From Lama guanicoe (lineage: Eukaryota), in the NCBI GenBank assembly GCA_013239625.1, contig MU053652.1, positions 2,978,001 to 3,042,000 of the forward strand: a stretch of 64,000 nt of DNA, read 5' to 3'. Of the stretch, positions 12,296 to 25,113 are shown piece by piece. A model generated the notes under the pieces. That model was not told where the DNA came from and did no database searches. It saw nothing but the letters and a program-made list of their open reading frames with translations. The translations under genes were made by a program, and so were the position numbers. Every line of letters begins with the position of its first letter. Position 1 is the first letter of the stretch.

Positions 12296-13693
12296 GGGGA
12301 GTGACCAAGATGATGAAGTATGAAGACCCTGAGCTCACCTCCTCCCATGGGCACACCAAGATCACACCTGTCAATGAGAATGACCTGACGACTAACAGAA
12401 AAGATCTTCTACGATTAAAGATAAAAAGAAGGGGCCACAACGAGATGAAGAATGGGGCCAGTGACATGGTATAGTAAACACCCTGCCTGTGGGGCAGGCA
12501 GCACACAAATGGGGGGGTAATTACAATTGCTGAGTTTTTCCCCAGGGAGCAAGGGATCCAAGCCCCACATTGGGGTCCCAAGCCTGGGGTTCCTGCATCC
12601 AGAAGGGCATCTGTCTATGAAGGCCAGCAGGGCTTACTTTCAGGAGAGCCATAGGGTTTTGGGAAATAGAGGCTCCACCCTTAAAGGGTGCACACAAAGT
12701 CTCACACACCCAAGACCCAGGGCAGAAGCAGTAATTTGAAAGGAGCCTGGATTAGACTCACTTGCTAATCTTAGCCTCCTGGAGAAGCAGGAGGCAACTG
12801 GAAATCATCCTGAAGACACAGATGCTGGCACCAGCCATTTCGGAATCCTCCCCCTAGCTTATTAGTGCTGAGACCTGGCTCTGCCCACCAGCCAGTCTAC
12901 ACCAGTCCTGGGGGACCCCAGGCCAAGCAGCTACCCAGACAGGGACACAGCCTCACTCACCAGCAGACTGGCTGCCATGGGACCCCTGAACTGCCAGCTA
13001 CCCCAGGACCTGGCCCCACCCACCAGTGGACCAGCATTACCCCGGTACATCCAGGATCCCAGGCCAGCCCTCAGGACCTGGCCCCACCCACTAGCAGGTT
13101 GACACCACCTCTGGGACCCCCAGCCATGCAGTCAAAGACCCCAGGACCCAGCCTAACCCACTAATGGGCAGACACCAGCCATGGGACCCCCTGGGCCCTG
13201 GCCACCAGTGGGCTGACACCAACTCTGGGACATACAGAGCCCTGAATCCAGAGACCCCAGGACCCTACTCTGCCCACCAGCAGGATGACACCACACCCAG
13301 GACTCCCCAGGCCACAGCTCCACCCACAGCAGCTGGCAGCCTCCACACTAGTCAGGGCCAAGCAAACAACCTGACCAGGGGCTAGCAGTGCCTACCAGCA
13401 TACTCAAAAGCATGCCCACCATAGTCGGCACATCACAACAGAAGGGCACAGGCAGTGTGCATTCAGGGCATCCCCAGAGCATACAGCTGTGGTGACCAGA
13501 GGAGAGTCAGTTGCTGGGCCCCACAGGACATCTTTTACATAAAGCCGCATCTCCAAGATTGGGGAATGTAACCAACCTACCAAATACTTGGAAATGAAAA
13601 ATAAGGTAAAATAGGATGCGCTCTCCAGGACTTTATCTATCCATCCGTCCATCCATCCGTCTATTCATCTGTCTGTCTATCTAACTGTGAGTG

Positions 13694-13738
<45 letters not shown>

Positions 13739-15395
13739 CTCACTTCCCATCCAAAGGCAACAGAATATACTCATTCTTTTCAAGTACATGTAGAACATTC
13801 TCTAGGATAGATCACGTGCTAAACCATAAAACAAGTCTCAGTAAATTTAACAATTCAAATCATAGCAAGCATCTTTTCTGACCAAAATGCTATGAGCCTA
13901 AAAATACAGTACAAGGGAAAAAAATGCAAAAAACACAAAACACATGGAGGCTAGACAATATGCTACTAAACAATCAATGGATCACTGAAGAAATGAAAGA
14001 TAAAATTTTTTAAAAATGAAAACAAAAACACAGAAATCCATAATCTATCAGACTCAGCAAAAGCAGATAGAAGAGGGAAGTTTATCGTGATACAAGCCTA
14101 CCTCAAGAAATGAGAAATACCTCCAACCACCTAACCTCACATCTAAAGGAACTAGAAAACAAACAAAATGCAAAGTTAGTGGAAGGGAAGAAATCATGAA
14201 AGATCAGAGCAGAAATAAATGAAATAGAGACCTAAACACATCAGTAAAATTAAGAACTGTTTTTTTGAGAAAAGATAGAATCAATAAACCTTTAGCCAAA
14301 CTCATCAAGAAAAAAAGGGAGAGGGCCAAATAAATACAATCATAAATGAAAGAGAAGATAGAACTGACACCACAGATATACAAAGGATCATAGGGATTAT
14401 TATGAACAATTATACACCAATAAAATGGACAATCTAGAAGAACAAGTTCCTAGAAATGTTCTGTCTTCCAAGACTGAATCAGGAAGAAATAGAAAATATG
14501 TACAAATTAGCAGTAATGAAATTGAATCAATAATAGAAAAACTTCTAGCAAAAGTCCAAGTCCAAATGGCTTCACAGGTGAATTCTACTAAACATTTAGA
14601 GAAGAGTTAATACCTATTCTTCCTGAACTATTCCAAAAAATTGAAGAGGAAGGAATACTTCCAAACAAATTCTGTGAGTCCGCACCACCCTGATACCAAA
14701 ATCAGACAAAAGTAGTACCACAAAAAAGGAAATCACAGGCCAATGTCACTGATGACTATAGACATAAAAATCCCCAATAAAATATTAGCAAACCAAATTC
14801 AACAATACATTGAAAGGATCATACATCATGATCAAGTGGGATGTACCCCAGGAATACAAGCATGGTTCAGTATCTGCAAATCAGTCAGTGTGATTCACCA
14901 CATTAACAAACTGAAAAATGCAAATCATGCGATCATCTCAATAGTTGCTGAAAAATCTTTTGAGAAAAATCAACATCCAGTTCTGATAAAAATTCTCAAC
15001 AAAGTGGATAGAGAGGGAACATAACCACAACATAATAAAGGCCATATATGACAAGCCCACAGGTAACATCGTACTCAGTGGTGAAAAATGGAAAGCATTT
15101 CCTCCTAGATCAGGAACAAGACAAATATGGCCACACTCACCACTTTTATTCAGCATGGTACCGGAAGTCCTAGCCACTGAAATCAAAAAAGAAAAAGAAA
15201 TAGAAGGAATCCAAATTGGAAAGGAGGAAGAAAAACTGTCACTGTTTGCAGATGACATGATAATATACATAGAAAATCCTAAAGATGCCACCAGAAAACT
15301 ACTAAAGCTCATCATTGAATTTGGTAAAACTGCAAGATGCAAAATTAAATACACAGAAACCTGTTACATTGCTACACACTAACAATGACTATCAG
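12296..15395 (+). mobile_element. L1 with 5' UTR, no ORF1, and degenerate ORF2 (EN end to RT); 3'-truncated
   Basis: Begins ggggagtgaccaagatg...gaccctgagctcacctcctccc (L1 5' end); EN motif TFSRIDH at about 13800; RT motifs KILANQIQQ and [10 protein letters not shown] in ORFs 14743-15024 and 15155-15382; many frameshifts. Confidence 0.92.
13636..13740. repeat. Compound microsatellite (TCCA/TCTG, TA, TG, TA)
   Basis: Read directly from sequence. Confidence 0.9.
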
Positions 15396-15534
15396 ATGGT
15401 GGGCAGCACCTTAAGGAGGGAAGAACCCATTAAGGAGGGGTGTCTAAGGCTTTGGAATTATTTTATTTCTTAACCTGGGTAATAGATACACAGAGATTTA
15501 TTTATTATCCCTCACATTTTACATATATGTATTT

Positions 15535-17945
15535 AAAATTTTTAAATTGGCATATAATGTTATGTAAGTTTAAGGTGTACAACATGTTGATTTAATACAT
15601 TTATATCTCGCAGTAAGATTGTCACCATAGCATTAGCTAACACCTCTATTATGTTACATAATTGTCATTTCCTTTTTGTGGTGAGAACAATTAAGATCCA
15701 ATCTCTTAGCAACTTTGAAGTTTATAATACAGTATTGTTGACTATGATCACTATGCTCTGCATGAGCGCTCCAGGACTTAAATTTATCTATTAGTTCCTA
15801 GCCTGTACCCTTGAACGACATACCCCCAATTCCTCCACCTCCCAACCTTTGGTAAACACCATTCTACTCTCTGTTTTTCTACAAGTTTGTCTTTTTAAGA
15901 TCCCACATATAAGAGAGATCATACAGAATTTGTCTTTCTCTGTCTGACTTATTTCACATAGCTTGCCCTCCAAGTCCATCCATGTTGTCACAAGCGGCAT
16001 GTTGTTGCAAATTCTTTTTATGGCTAAGGAATAGTCCAATGTGTATATGCACCACAGTTTCTTTATCCATTCATCCACTGATGGGTACTTCAGTTGTTTC
16101 TGTATCTTGGCTGTTGTATATAATGCTGCAATGAACAAGAACTTTTTGAACTAGTGTTTTAATTTTCTTCAGATAAATACCCAGGAGTGGAGTTGCTGGA
16201 TCATATGGTAGTTCTATCTTTAATTTTTTGAGGAGCTTCCATACTGTTTTCCATGGTGGCTCCACCGATTTCCATCCCACCAACAGTGTGCAAGTTTTCC
16301 CTTTTCTCCACATCCTTGCCAACACCTGTTGTTTCTAGTCTTTTAGATAATAGTTGTTCTAACTGATGTGGGGTGATACTTTATTGTGGTTTTGGCTTGT
16401 ATTTCCCTGATGATTAATGATGCAGAGCATCTTTCCATGTACCTGTCAGCCATCTGTATGTCTTCCCTGGGGAAATTGTCTATTCTGATCTTCTGCCTAT
16501 TTTAGACTGAATTGTTTGTTTTTTTGCTATTGAATTGTATGAGTTTTTATATATTTTGGATATTAGCCCCTTATCAGATATGTGATTTGCAAATATTTGC
16601 TCTTGAGTCTCTGTTCAGTTCTTTTTTATGATTTCTATCTCTTTGGGGAAAATTTCATTTTGATCTTTTGTTTGTTTTGAGATATCATTGAATTGTCTTT
16701 CTGTGTCTTCTTGTAGCTTGTTGAGTTTCTTCAGAACAGCCATTTTGAATTCTTTGTTGGCTACATCACAAAATTCTGTGCCTTTGAGCTTGGAATTATT
16801 TTCTTTTTGTGATGGCATGTTTCCTTGATTTTAAGTGATCCTTGTAGTTTGCAATGCTGCTTTCACATTTGAAGTAGAAGACACCTCCTTGAATCTTTGT
16901 TAGTTGCTTTCTGAAGGCGTATTCTGTTCAGTGGTGTTGCTGTCACCTGGGGTTTTATCTGTCTTTGTATTGGTGCACTTGCTCCACTCTTCTTGCTCCC
17001 CCATGTGGCAGGATTCTTAAGCTTTTATGTCTTCTCTGATTCTTGCAAGTCACCAGACAGGCTCCTGAAAATGTCTCTTTAGTTTTCCAGAAGGTGGTGC
17101 TGTAGCTCCAGGCTCTAGTGTCTCCCTTGCCCATGTTGTGAGCATGCTCCCTGTCCACAGGAGCTGGTTTCACTGCTGCACTCCGGAGCATGCATGAAGA
17201 GATGCCACAGAGTGGGGGAAGGTGTGGGTTTCGCACTGGGGCACTGGGGGAGCCCCTGGATCGGGAGGGGAGACCCCCAGGTGTGGTAGTCCCAGAGGCT
17301 GGTGGGTGGACTTCCTGCTGTGTGCAGTCAGCAGGAAAAGTGTCCCTTATCTGCCTCTTTCCCTCCCTCCAGTCTTGAAAGTCCCACCTCAGCCCTCTGG
17401 GTGCTACTGCAGAGAAATGAACCTGTCCCACACGACTAGTGCAGCTGGGTGCCCACTCTCTACTGTCCTTTCTCCCTAAGGCAGAGGGTGCCTCTACTGA
17501 TACATCAGCCTGCTCAAGTGTTTCCTTGTGCAGGGGATGGCAGGGAAATTTTCTCTTACTGCCCCTTCTGCTGTGACTAAACTTGCTTGTGTTGTTTTTT
17601 TCTAGAATGGTGTGCTGGAATCTCCCCTTAGAACAGCTGGACTTCTGAAAATTCTCTCTCATGCGTAAGTATCTGCCCAGGTCAGTACTCTCCAGTCTTC
17701 TTCCCCAACCACAACAAGAGTGGGCCTGGGCAGGCTCCCTGGCTCTGCAGCTTATACTGAAATCTGTCTGCCTGTTACTGGATACTCAGATGGGTGAGAC
17801 CCCTGAGTCCCTTGGTAAATGGTACTGGATCCCACAACTCCCACAGAAGTGCTTTTGTTCATGGATGGATGTCTATTTTGTTGTTTTTAAAAGGGTATAA
17901 AAAGAGGAATGTCTTGCGCCGTGATGATGCTGACATCACTCCCCC
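15535..17945 (-). mobile_element. L1 (L1MA9-like) with 5' UTR and ORF1 N-terminus fused to ORF2 3' end and 3' UTR
   Basis: Reverse complement starts gggggagtgatgtcagcatcat; ORF 16615-16818 is ORF1-like (KEFKMAVLKKLNKLQEDTERQFN); ORFs 16071-16325 and 15791-16138 are ORF2 C-terminal (IELPYDPATPLLGIY, DEWIKKLW). Confidence 0.92.
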
Positions 17946-18124
17946 AATGTAATGTTCATTCTTTACGATATATTTCATATCTAGAAAAACATTTTGTAAA
18001 CAAAATAATATGATAAGGAGTGTGATAACTACTGGAGCTGGCACCTTCTGGGTATACAGTGGGATTGTTCTTCTGGCTCTTTGTGGTTGGGCAGGGGCTG
18101 GAGTGTGTACAAATTGTAGACTAT

Positions 18125-19100
18125 GGTGTGAAAATTAGACTTTACTATGAGGCAGCCACTGGTGGTTTAGGAGGGTGATATGCTATGGATCACATTTTAA
18201 AGGGATAATTCTTGCTGCTGTATGGAGGATGTGTTGTGGAGGGCAAGCATGGAACCACAGAGCCCAGTTAGAGAGTTAGTGATGGTGAGAGATGATGGTG
18301 ACTTGAACTTCATTGGTTACAGGCCAAAGAAACAGAAGTGGGTTTTTTTGGTATTCATTTTGCAAGTGCATCTGACAAGAGTTACAGAAAAGTGGAAAAC
18401 AGGGGTTGAGGGAAAGAGGGGGATTGCAGATTGTTTTTGGTTGAACAACTTGAATATATGGTGGAGCCATCTATTGAAATGGGAGCAAATGAAGGATTAA
18501 CAGGTGTGAAGAGAGGGGTAGAGCTGATTCTTTTCCATATTAGCTTTAGACATCTGTCAGACGCCTAGGTACACATGCTAAACAAACCACTAGGTAGACA
18601 ACCCTGTTTCTCAGGGGAACACCCAAAGAAGTGTATATTTGGGAGTCACTAGCATACAAATGATACTTAATTCAAAGGACTAGATTAGATGGTCCAGAGA
18701 GAATATAGACAGAAAAAAAGATTTGGAGAAGGAGAAAAACCAGGCAAGTACACGGTCATGGAAGCAAAAGAAGAAAGTATGTCCTGAATGTTGTTGAGAG
18801 ACTGGGTGAGGTATTAAGCAATGATAATATTTGACAAATGGAGGCTCCTGGCAGCTTTGACAAGGGGAGTTTCAGTGAAGCTCTGGTTGGGCGTGGGTGG
18901 TGGGAGGCAGAATGAGAGGGTTGAGGAGAAAATGGAAGAAAATGAAGGGAATTTTCATGGTAAGTTTCACTCTGAAGGGGAGCAAAAATGAAGGAGTGTA
19001 TGGGACAGGCAGATTTTATTTCACTTAGGACGGGGGATACTAGAGTGTGCTTGTTTGCTGATAGTGATTCAGGAGTGAGGAAGAAACTGATGATGTGCAG
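18125..19100 (-). mobile_element. Degenerate L2 body
   Basis: Purine-rich L2 antisense motifs: cacattttaaagggataattcttgctgctgtatggagga, tttgggagtcactagcatacaaatg, tcatggaagcaaaagaagaaagt. Confidence 0.7.
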
Positions 19101-19941
19101 GGGATTAAGAAGTCAATTCACCAGGGAAGAGATGGGTCTGGTCCAGGGAAGAGATAGGTCTGGTCCAGGGCACATTGGAGGCGCTGTCTTTTCACTAAAG
19201 AGAGATCGTCTGTCCAGGGATGGCAAAGGCAGGTGGGTGTTGGATTTAATGATGAACCTATGAAGGAGTGCTCCTTGACTGTGGCTCTTTTCATTGACTT
19301 ATGGGCAAAATAAGTGGAATAATATTTGATGGGACCGAATAAAAACCCCAAACTGCATTTCAAAAAGATCCCTGTGAAACAATAAATTAATGAAAAGCAA
19401 CCAACCCTGATACAGTTCTTGGTTAATCGTAAGACTTAAGGGTAAAGAATGAATCCTATAAGCATGTAAGTGGAAAATAAATTTACAAAGGAAAAAGGCA
19501 GGTTGCACTTCCGGTCCACCCACGATGGAATAGCTAATATCAGATGAATTCTCCTATGAAAATAACCATAAAGGATGTACAGTGTACATTTTTAAACTGC
19601 TTAAAATAATTGGAGCACATGTAACTTGGGAAGGATTTGAGGGGCTAGATACCTGTGACAAGGGAAACAGGGAGGAAGACCTCACATTTCCTCTGGCTTT
19701 TCCCTTGAGGGTATTTGCTATTTCACAGTAAAGCAGGGGCAAAGCAGTAGATAGAACTTTTTTTTTTTGTCATTCAGAGATGACACAATTAGGTACATAG
19801 AAAATTCATAAGAATCAGCTGATAAACTATCATAATTAATAAATGCATTAACAAGGTTACTAGATACAAGACCAATATTTAAAAACAATTGCCTTTCTAT
19901 ACACTAACAGCAAAAATTTTTTTTTTAAATGGGCTGGCTTT

Positions 19942-20113
19942 GACTCACAGATGTAGAGAACAAACTAGTGGTTACCAGTTGGGAAAGGGGGTTAGGGGGA
20001 TTTTAAGGATGAGGGGGAATGGGTTATTATAGGATTGTGTGAAATTATGTGTGTGTAACTTTTGAAAGTTATAAAGCACTATGGAATTTAAAGACTCTTT
20101 CATTCAATTAAAA
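19942..20113 (+). mobile_element. Short L1 3' UTR insertion with near-perfect TSD
   Basis: gactcacagatgtagagaacaaactagtggttacc...tttaaagactctttcattcaattaaaa; flanks aaatgggctggcttt (19927-19941) and aaaagggctgacttt (20114-20128). Confidence 0.85.
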
Positions 20114-21529
20114 AAAAGGGCTGACTTTATATTATGCCATAATACATGTCAGAAAATGAAATATTGTCTAACATGTTTTGAGGGGAAATGTTTGTGATCT
20201 GGAAAAATCTTTTTCTTTGAAGCCATGGAAAGATAATCTTAAGTATGCAAGGTTGTGCTCGTTTTAATGGTGAAACTATGAAGGAATGCTATTTTCCACT
20301 AGAAAGTATTTGATGTACTTGAGTCAGCTGCGAGATGAATCAAGATGAAGAACTCATGAATGCTAAAGACATAGTTTGAAAAGACCGGCAATAAGCATCA
20401 AATGACTTAAAAACAAGTAACTGTGAGATGCCATTAGGTGTATTTATAAAATATGCTTTTAGGCATATGTGCAAAGTGTAATTTTTAAAGTAACAAATGG
20501 ACAAAGATATTAGGTAGGTTGTAACAAAAGTGGAAGATAGAAGGTGATTTTCTCAAACATAATATGATTTCATTATTGACATTAGTCTTTAGAGAATTAT
20601 AGACTTACGTATATTTTTAGCTTTGTTGAAGTATAATATGCATATATAAATATGCACGTATCATGAATGTACAGCTCACTGCATTTTCTCTAAGCAAACA
20701 AACTCTTGAAATCATAACAAACATCAAGACATAAAACACTGTTGGCACCCCAGGAAGTTAAGCATATTTTAAAAAATAACTATTAATAACTAGTAGACAA
20801 AAATGAAAGATGGGGCCTACCCCCCCCAAAATGTAATTATTAAAGAAACTACAATTTTCTAAATCAACAGAAGAGGGCGCTCTTGAACCATGAAATACAG
20901 CAAACTGTCTAAAATCCTTACCCTTGCCTTTATTGCTAGTCTAAGGGAGAAAAATGGAACATTTCCAAATGAATGGAAATGATTGATAACGTCCAAACAA
21001 AACCAATATACAAAGCTAACATAAAATAAAAATCAGAATATTTCAGCTGATAAAAATTCCCTCCCAAAAATAAAGCAGAAGGAAACGGATGCACAATAAC
21101 CAACCTGAATTAAACATTCTTAAACATTTGCAAATATGAAAAATAACTATAAATTCAGAAACTCAGAACAGAAATAGCCCCCCCACACACACACACACCA
21201 CAAAACAAAACAAGACAATATAAAATGAGAATCTTGCAATAATGGTGGAAGAGTTTGTTTGGACCAACTCTCCTGCAAATAACAACCATGAATCCCTATT
21301 AAAATATAAAAACAACCACTTGAAGGCGCTGGAGGACAACCAAAAGGAAGCAGAAACAAGATGGGGAGAAGAGACCAGTGCTGGGTAAGTTTTCCATTTT
21401 GATGGCTTTCAGCCTAAGGGCAGCCCACAGTTTCCTTCATGGGAGCTACTAAAACTTCAGTAGAATCTCACAATCTTAATAGCTTGAAGAATCAAAGGAC
21501 AGAGTTTGAGGCACCACGGCAGATATAAA

Positions 21530-21770
21530 GATACGTAGAGCTGTGTCTCCTCAAAGTTCAGATGTTGAGATCCTAATCCCCAGCATCTCGGAATGTGACC
21601 TTAACTTGGAAACACAGTCATTGCACGTATACTTGGTTAAAATGAAGTCACACTGGAGAAGGTTGGGCCCCAATCTAACAGGACTGGTGTCCATATGTAT
21701 TAAAGGGGGAAACTTGCACACACCCACACACAGGCAGAGTGACACATGAAGACTGGATGGTGATTGCAAG
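21530..21770 (+). mobile_element. MaLR LTR (MLT1B/C-like), partial
   Basis: tgtgtctcctcaaagttcagatgttgagatcctaatcccca...gaatgtgacctta...ttaaaatgaagtcacactggag. Confidence 0.8.
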
Positions 21771-22493
21771 AACAAATTTTCCAGTTTTTCTAGACATCAA
21801 AAAAAGTTTTAAAGAAAAAAGGAAACATACCATACAGAGAAAGGAACATATTAAGTAAAACAAAATACACAGTAAACATAACTTTAAGATGGGTATTAAA
21901 TCGGACCTGTCATTCATTTCAATACATGTAAATGGAAATCACCTATTAAAAGAAAGATTTTCAGGTTGATTCACAAAGCAAAACCCCTCTCTGTGCTGTG
22001 TTTAGGAGAAACAAGTAAATCAAATGGTGCAAAATGGCTAGAACTAGGGAGATACATAAAGGTATAGCAGGCAAATGAGGCAATAAAAAAGCAGAGATTG
22101 TGATCATGATGTTGCAAAAGATTGAATTTGGACGAAAAGCGTTCTATGAGACAGCAGAATACCTGATAATGAAGAGAACACAGTTCACAAAGACAATACA
22201 TCAGCTGTGAGTATTTATGACACCAGTAGCACAGAAGCTACCTTTATAAAGCAGAAACTTAAGGTCTACAAGACATACACAAAACTACACTAAAACTAGA
22301 AGATGCCACTTCCGGTCCAACACAGGACACGGTCAAATGGGCAAAAAGTCAGACTACAGAAAATCTAACCAGCATAATCAATAATATACAATATATGTAT
22401 AATATGTATCATGCTAAGGGGGTCCTGCTTCAAGGACATGCCAGGTGTTTCTGCTTTTTGCCCCAGAGCGTCCTGAAAGCCACTGAAACCTGC

Positions 22494-22869
22494 TGATACA
22501 GACTGAATGTTTCTAAAGCCCCCACCCCCAAATCCATAGGCTGAAGCCCTAACCCTCAGTGTCACGGTATTTGGAGGTGGGGCCTCTGGAGGTAATAAGG
22601 CTAGATGAGGTCATGAAGGGAGGGCCCTCGTGATGGCATTAGTGCCCTTATAAGAAGAGAAACCAGAGAGCTTGCTCTCTCTCTCTCTCTCCCCACCTCC
22701 CCCCCACCAGGAGGAAATGCAGGGAGAAGATGGCCATCCACCAGCCAGCAGGAGCCCAGCCATGCCGGCACTCTGCTCTCAGACCTCCAGCCTCTAGAAC
22801 CTGAGAACTTACTTTCCTGTTGTTTAAGCCACCTAGTCTGTGGTATTTGGTTATTGAGTGACTAACACA
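22494..22869 (+). mobile_element. Complete MaLR solo LTR (MLT1A-like) with 5-bp TSD
   Basis: TG...CA termini, tttggaggtggggcct, cagcctctagaac, tgttgtttaagccacctagtctgtggtattt; TSD cctgc at 22489-22493 and 22870-22874. Confidence 0.92.
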
Positions 22870-22874
22870 CCTGC

Positions 22875-23915
22875 TCAGCCCACTAGCTAGCTGACAAGAG
22901 CAGAAAGGAGAATTCATGCCCCAGGGCCTTCCATCAGCCATGCTGGGTGAGGGCTGGTGGATAAAAGTGCGAGCTGCAGAGGCTAAATTCCTGGGGAGTG
23001 TGGCTGAGAGATCAGGGCACTCGTCCCCCACCCAGCCCAGGCTCACAGGACGGAGGCTCTCCCCCAAGAACTGACTTTATTTGAAACAGAATGTGAGGAG
23101 ATTCAAGACTAAGGACTCTCAGAAACAATGGAGATTTTGTTGGTGAGCAACTAAAAGGAGGCTGGTAGCTTCACAGAGCAACATGCTGAACCGTGGGCCT
23201 GCTAACCTAACCAGAAAAAAACAGGGAAAGAGACAGCTGCAAAGAACCCTTCTGAAGTCAGAACAAACCTCGAAGACCTGCCTCAAAAGCAACTTCTGCA
23301 AAGTGGCCTGATTTAGCCACGTCAGACTGAGGAGCAATGTATATGCCATGGCACTGAAAACAAGAGAGCAATCACCTGGCACTTAGTGAGCCTGACAGCT
23401 GGTGGGATCAGAGAAAGAGACCGTCCAAGGGAGTTCTGCAGACGCCGTGGTCAGACCAGGATGACCGTGCACGTGCCCAGGGCTGCACCCACTGAGAAGC
23501 AACATCAGAGGCTTCACGTTGTGGGGATAATAGACTTCACGGAAATACTGCAGCCAGTCACTGAACAAACAGGCAAACAGCAACAGGCCCCAGCATGGGG
23601 GGAAATCAGCATCCAGAGTTTCTACAGTGTATTGTCCAAAATATACAGCTTTCAACAAATGATTTGTACAGTTTTCAACAAATAATTATGAGACATGCAG
23701 AGAGACAGGAAAGTGTGACCCAGACACAGGAAAGAAGCAGGCAACAGACCGCCTGTGAAAGGGCCCAGTTGTTGAGTTTAACAGATAAAGACTGCAAAGC
23801 AATCGTTATAAATATGTTTAAAGAGCTAATGGAAACAATTCTTAAAGAAGTAAAGGAAGGAATGACGACAGTGTCTCATAAAATAGAAAATATCAATACA
23901 ATAAAGAGAGAGAAA

Positions 23916-23959
<44 letters not shown>

Positions 23960-24635
23960 AACCAAATGGAAATTCTGGAGTCAAAAAGTATAACAAATGA
24001 AAATTTCACTAGAAAGTTTCAAAATTACATTGAGCAGACAAAAGATATAGTCAACAATCGAAAAACTAAATTTATAGAGATTATATAATCTGAAGAACAG
24101 AGGAAAACATGAAGAAAAGTGAACAGAATCTCAAAGAAATGTCGGACACCATTAAGCGGATCTAACCACGCATAACAGGAAGGAGAGGAGAGAAAGAAAG
24201 GGGGAGAAATCATGGCCGAAAACTTCCCAGATTTGGTGAAAAACAACCTATACATCCAAGAAGCTCAACAGACTCTTAGCAAAATAAACCCAAATGCTGA
24301 AAGTGAAAGATAAAGAGAAAAGTTTGAAAACAGCAAGAAAAAAGTGACTCATTATTTACAAGAGACTCCCAATGAGGTTAACACCTGACTTTCCATCAGG
24401 AACAACAGAGGCAGTGGGGTGGCACATTACATAGCGCAGGAAAAAAAAATAAAGGGAGAAATAGACAGTTCAACAATATCTGGAGACTTCAATACCTCAT
24501 TTTCAATAATGGATAGAATAGGTAGGCATAAGATTTTAAAAATTATAGAAGACTTGAGCAGCACTGTAAACCTTCTAGACCTAACAGACACCTCATGTCA
24601 CAACAGGAGAATAGAATATAAACTGTTGTTTCCAG
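22875..24635 (+). mobile_element. Old L1 5' region, ORF1 remnant and EN fragment
   Basis: ORF 23595-23993 ORF1-like (DKDCKAIVINMFKELME); ORF 24419-24640 EN-like (GDFNTSFSIMDR). Confidence 0.8.
23918..23957 (+). repeat. Pure poly(A) run of 40 nt
   Basis: Read directly from sequence. Confidence 0.95.
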
Positions 24636-24849
24636 AGTAACAAGAAAACAACAGATAAAAAATTTTTAAAGCATATCTATCAAAAAGCTATTAAGGGTAG
24701 CTGTAGATAGTCTTAATAAGCTGTATAGCAGAGCATGACACTTTCTAGATGAGTAAAGAGCTCTGGATATTTTTATACCTGAGGGCCAGTGTCTACTCTG
24801 GGCCTCGCTATAGATAGATTTTGAAGAGAAAAGAAAAAAAAATTGAGTT

Positions 24850-25113
24850 CTTTTTTAAAAATTGAGATATAATTGACATATTAGTTTCAGGTATACAACA
24901 TAATGATTCTCTATTTGTATATATTATAAAAATGATCACCGTAATAAGTCTGGCTAACATCCACCACAATACATCATTACAATTTCTTCTTATGATGAGA
25001 ACTTTTAAGATCTACTCTTAGCAACTTTCAAATATTATTAACTATAGTTGCCATGCTGCACATTACACCCCCATGACATTAATTTTATAACTGGAAGTTT
25101 GTATCTTTTGACC
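24850..25113 (-). mobile_element. Short L1 3' end with TSD
   Basis: ttagtttcaggtatacaacataatgatt...ttataactggaagtttgta; flanked by attgagtt at 24842-24849 and 25114-25121. Confidence 0.85.

Larger units (their letters stand above)
19500..22400 (+). mobile_element. Mosaic of ancient L1 fragments (5' end, ORF1, EN and 3' pieces)
   Basis: A-rich L1-like segments such as aaggttactagatacaagaccaata, aaaacaaccacttgaaggcgctggag, atgtaaatggaaatcacctattaaaagaaagatt. Confidence 0.6.

Noticed and set aside
12865..13400. CRISPR-like repeat-spacer array
   Set aside because: The units are degenerate, lack unique spacers and lie within a mammalian L1 5' UTR; no cas genes are present.
16955..17662. 235-aa minus-strand ORF
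   Set aside because: It lies in the GC-rich L1 5' UTR, where stop codons are scarce, and shows no protein family signature.
19506..22319. Exact 13-bp repeat cacttccggtcca (ETS-type motif) at 19506-19518 and 22307-22319 as a TSD
   Set aside because: There is no poly(A) or single element between the copies, only an old L1/MLT mosaic, so chance or L1-derived sequence is more likely.
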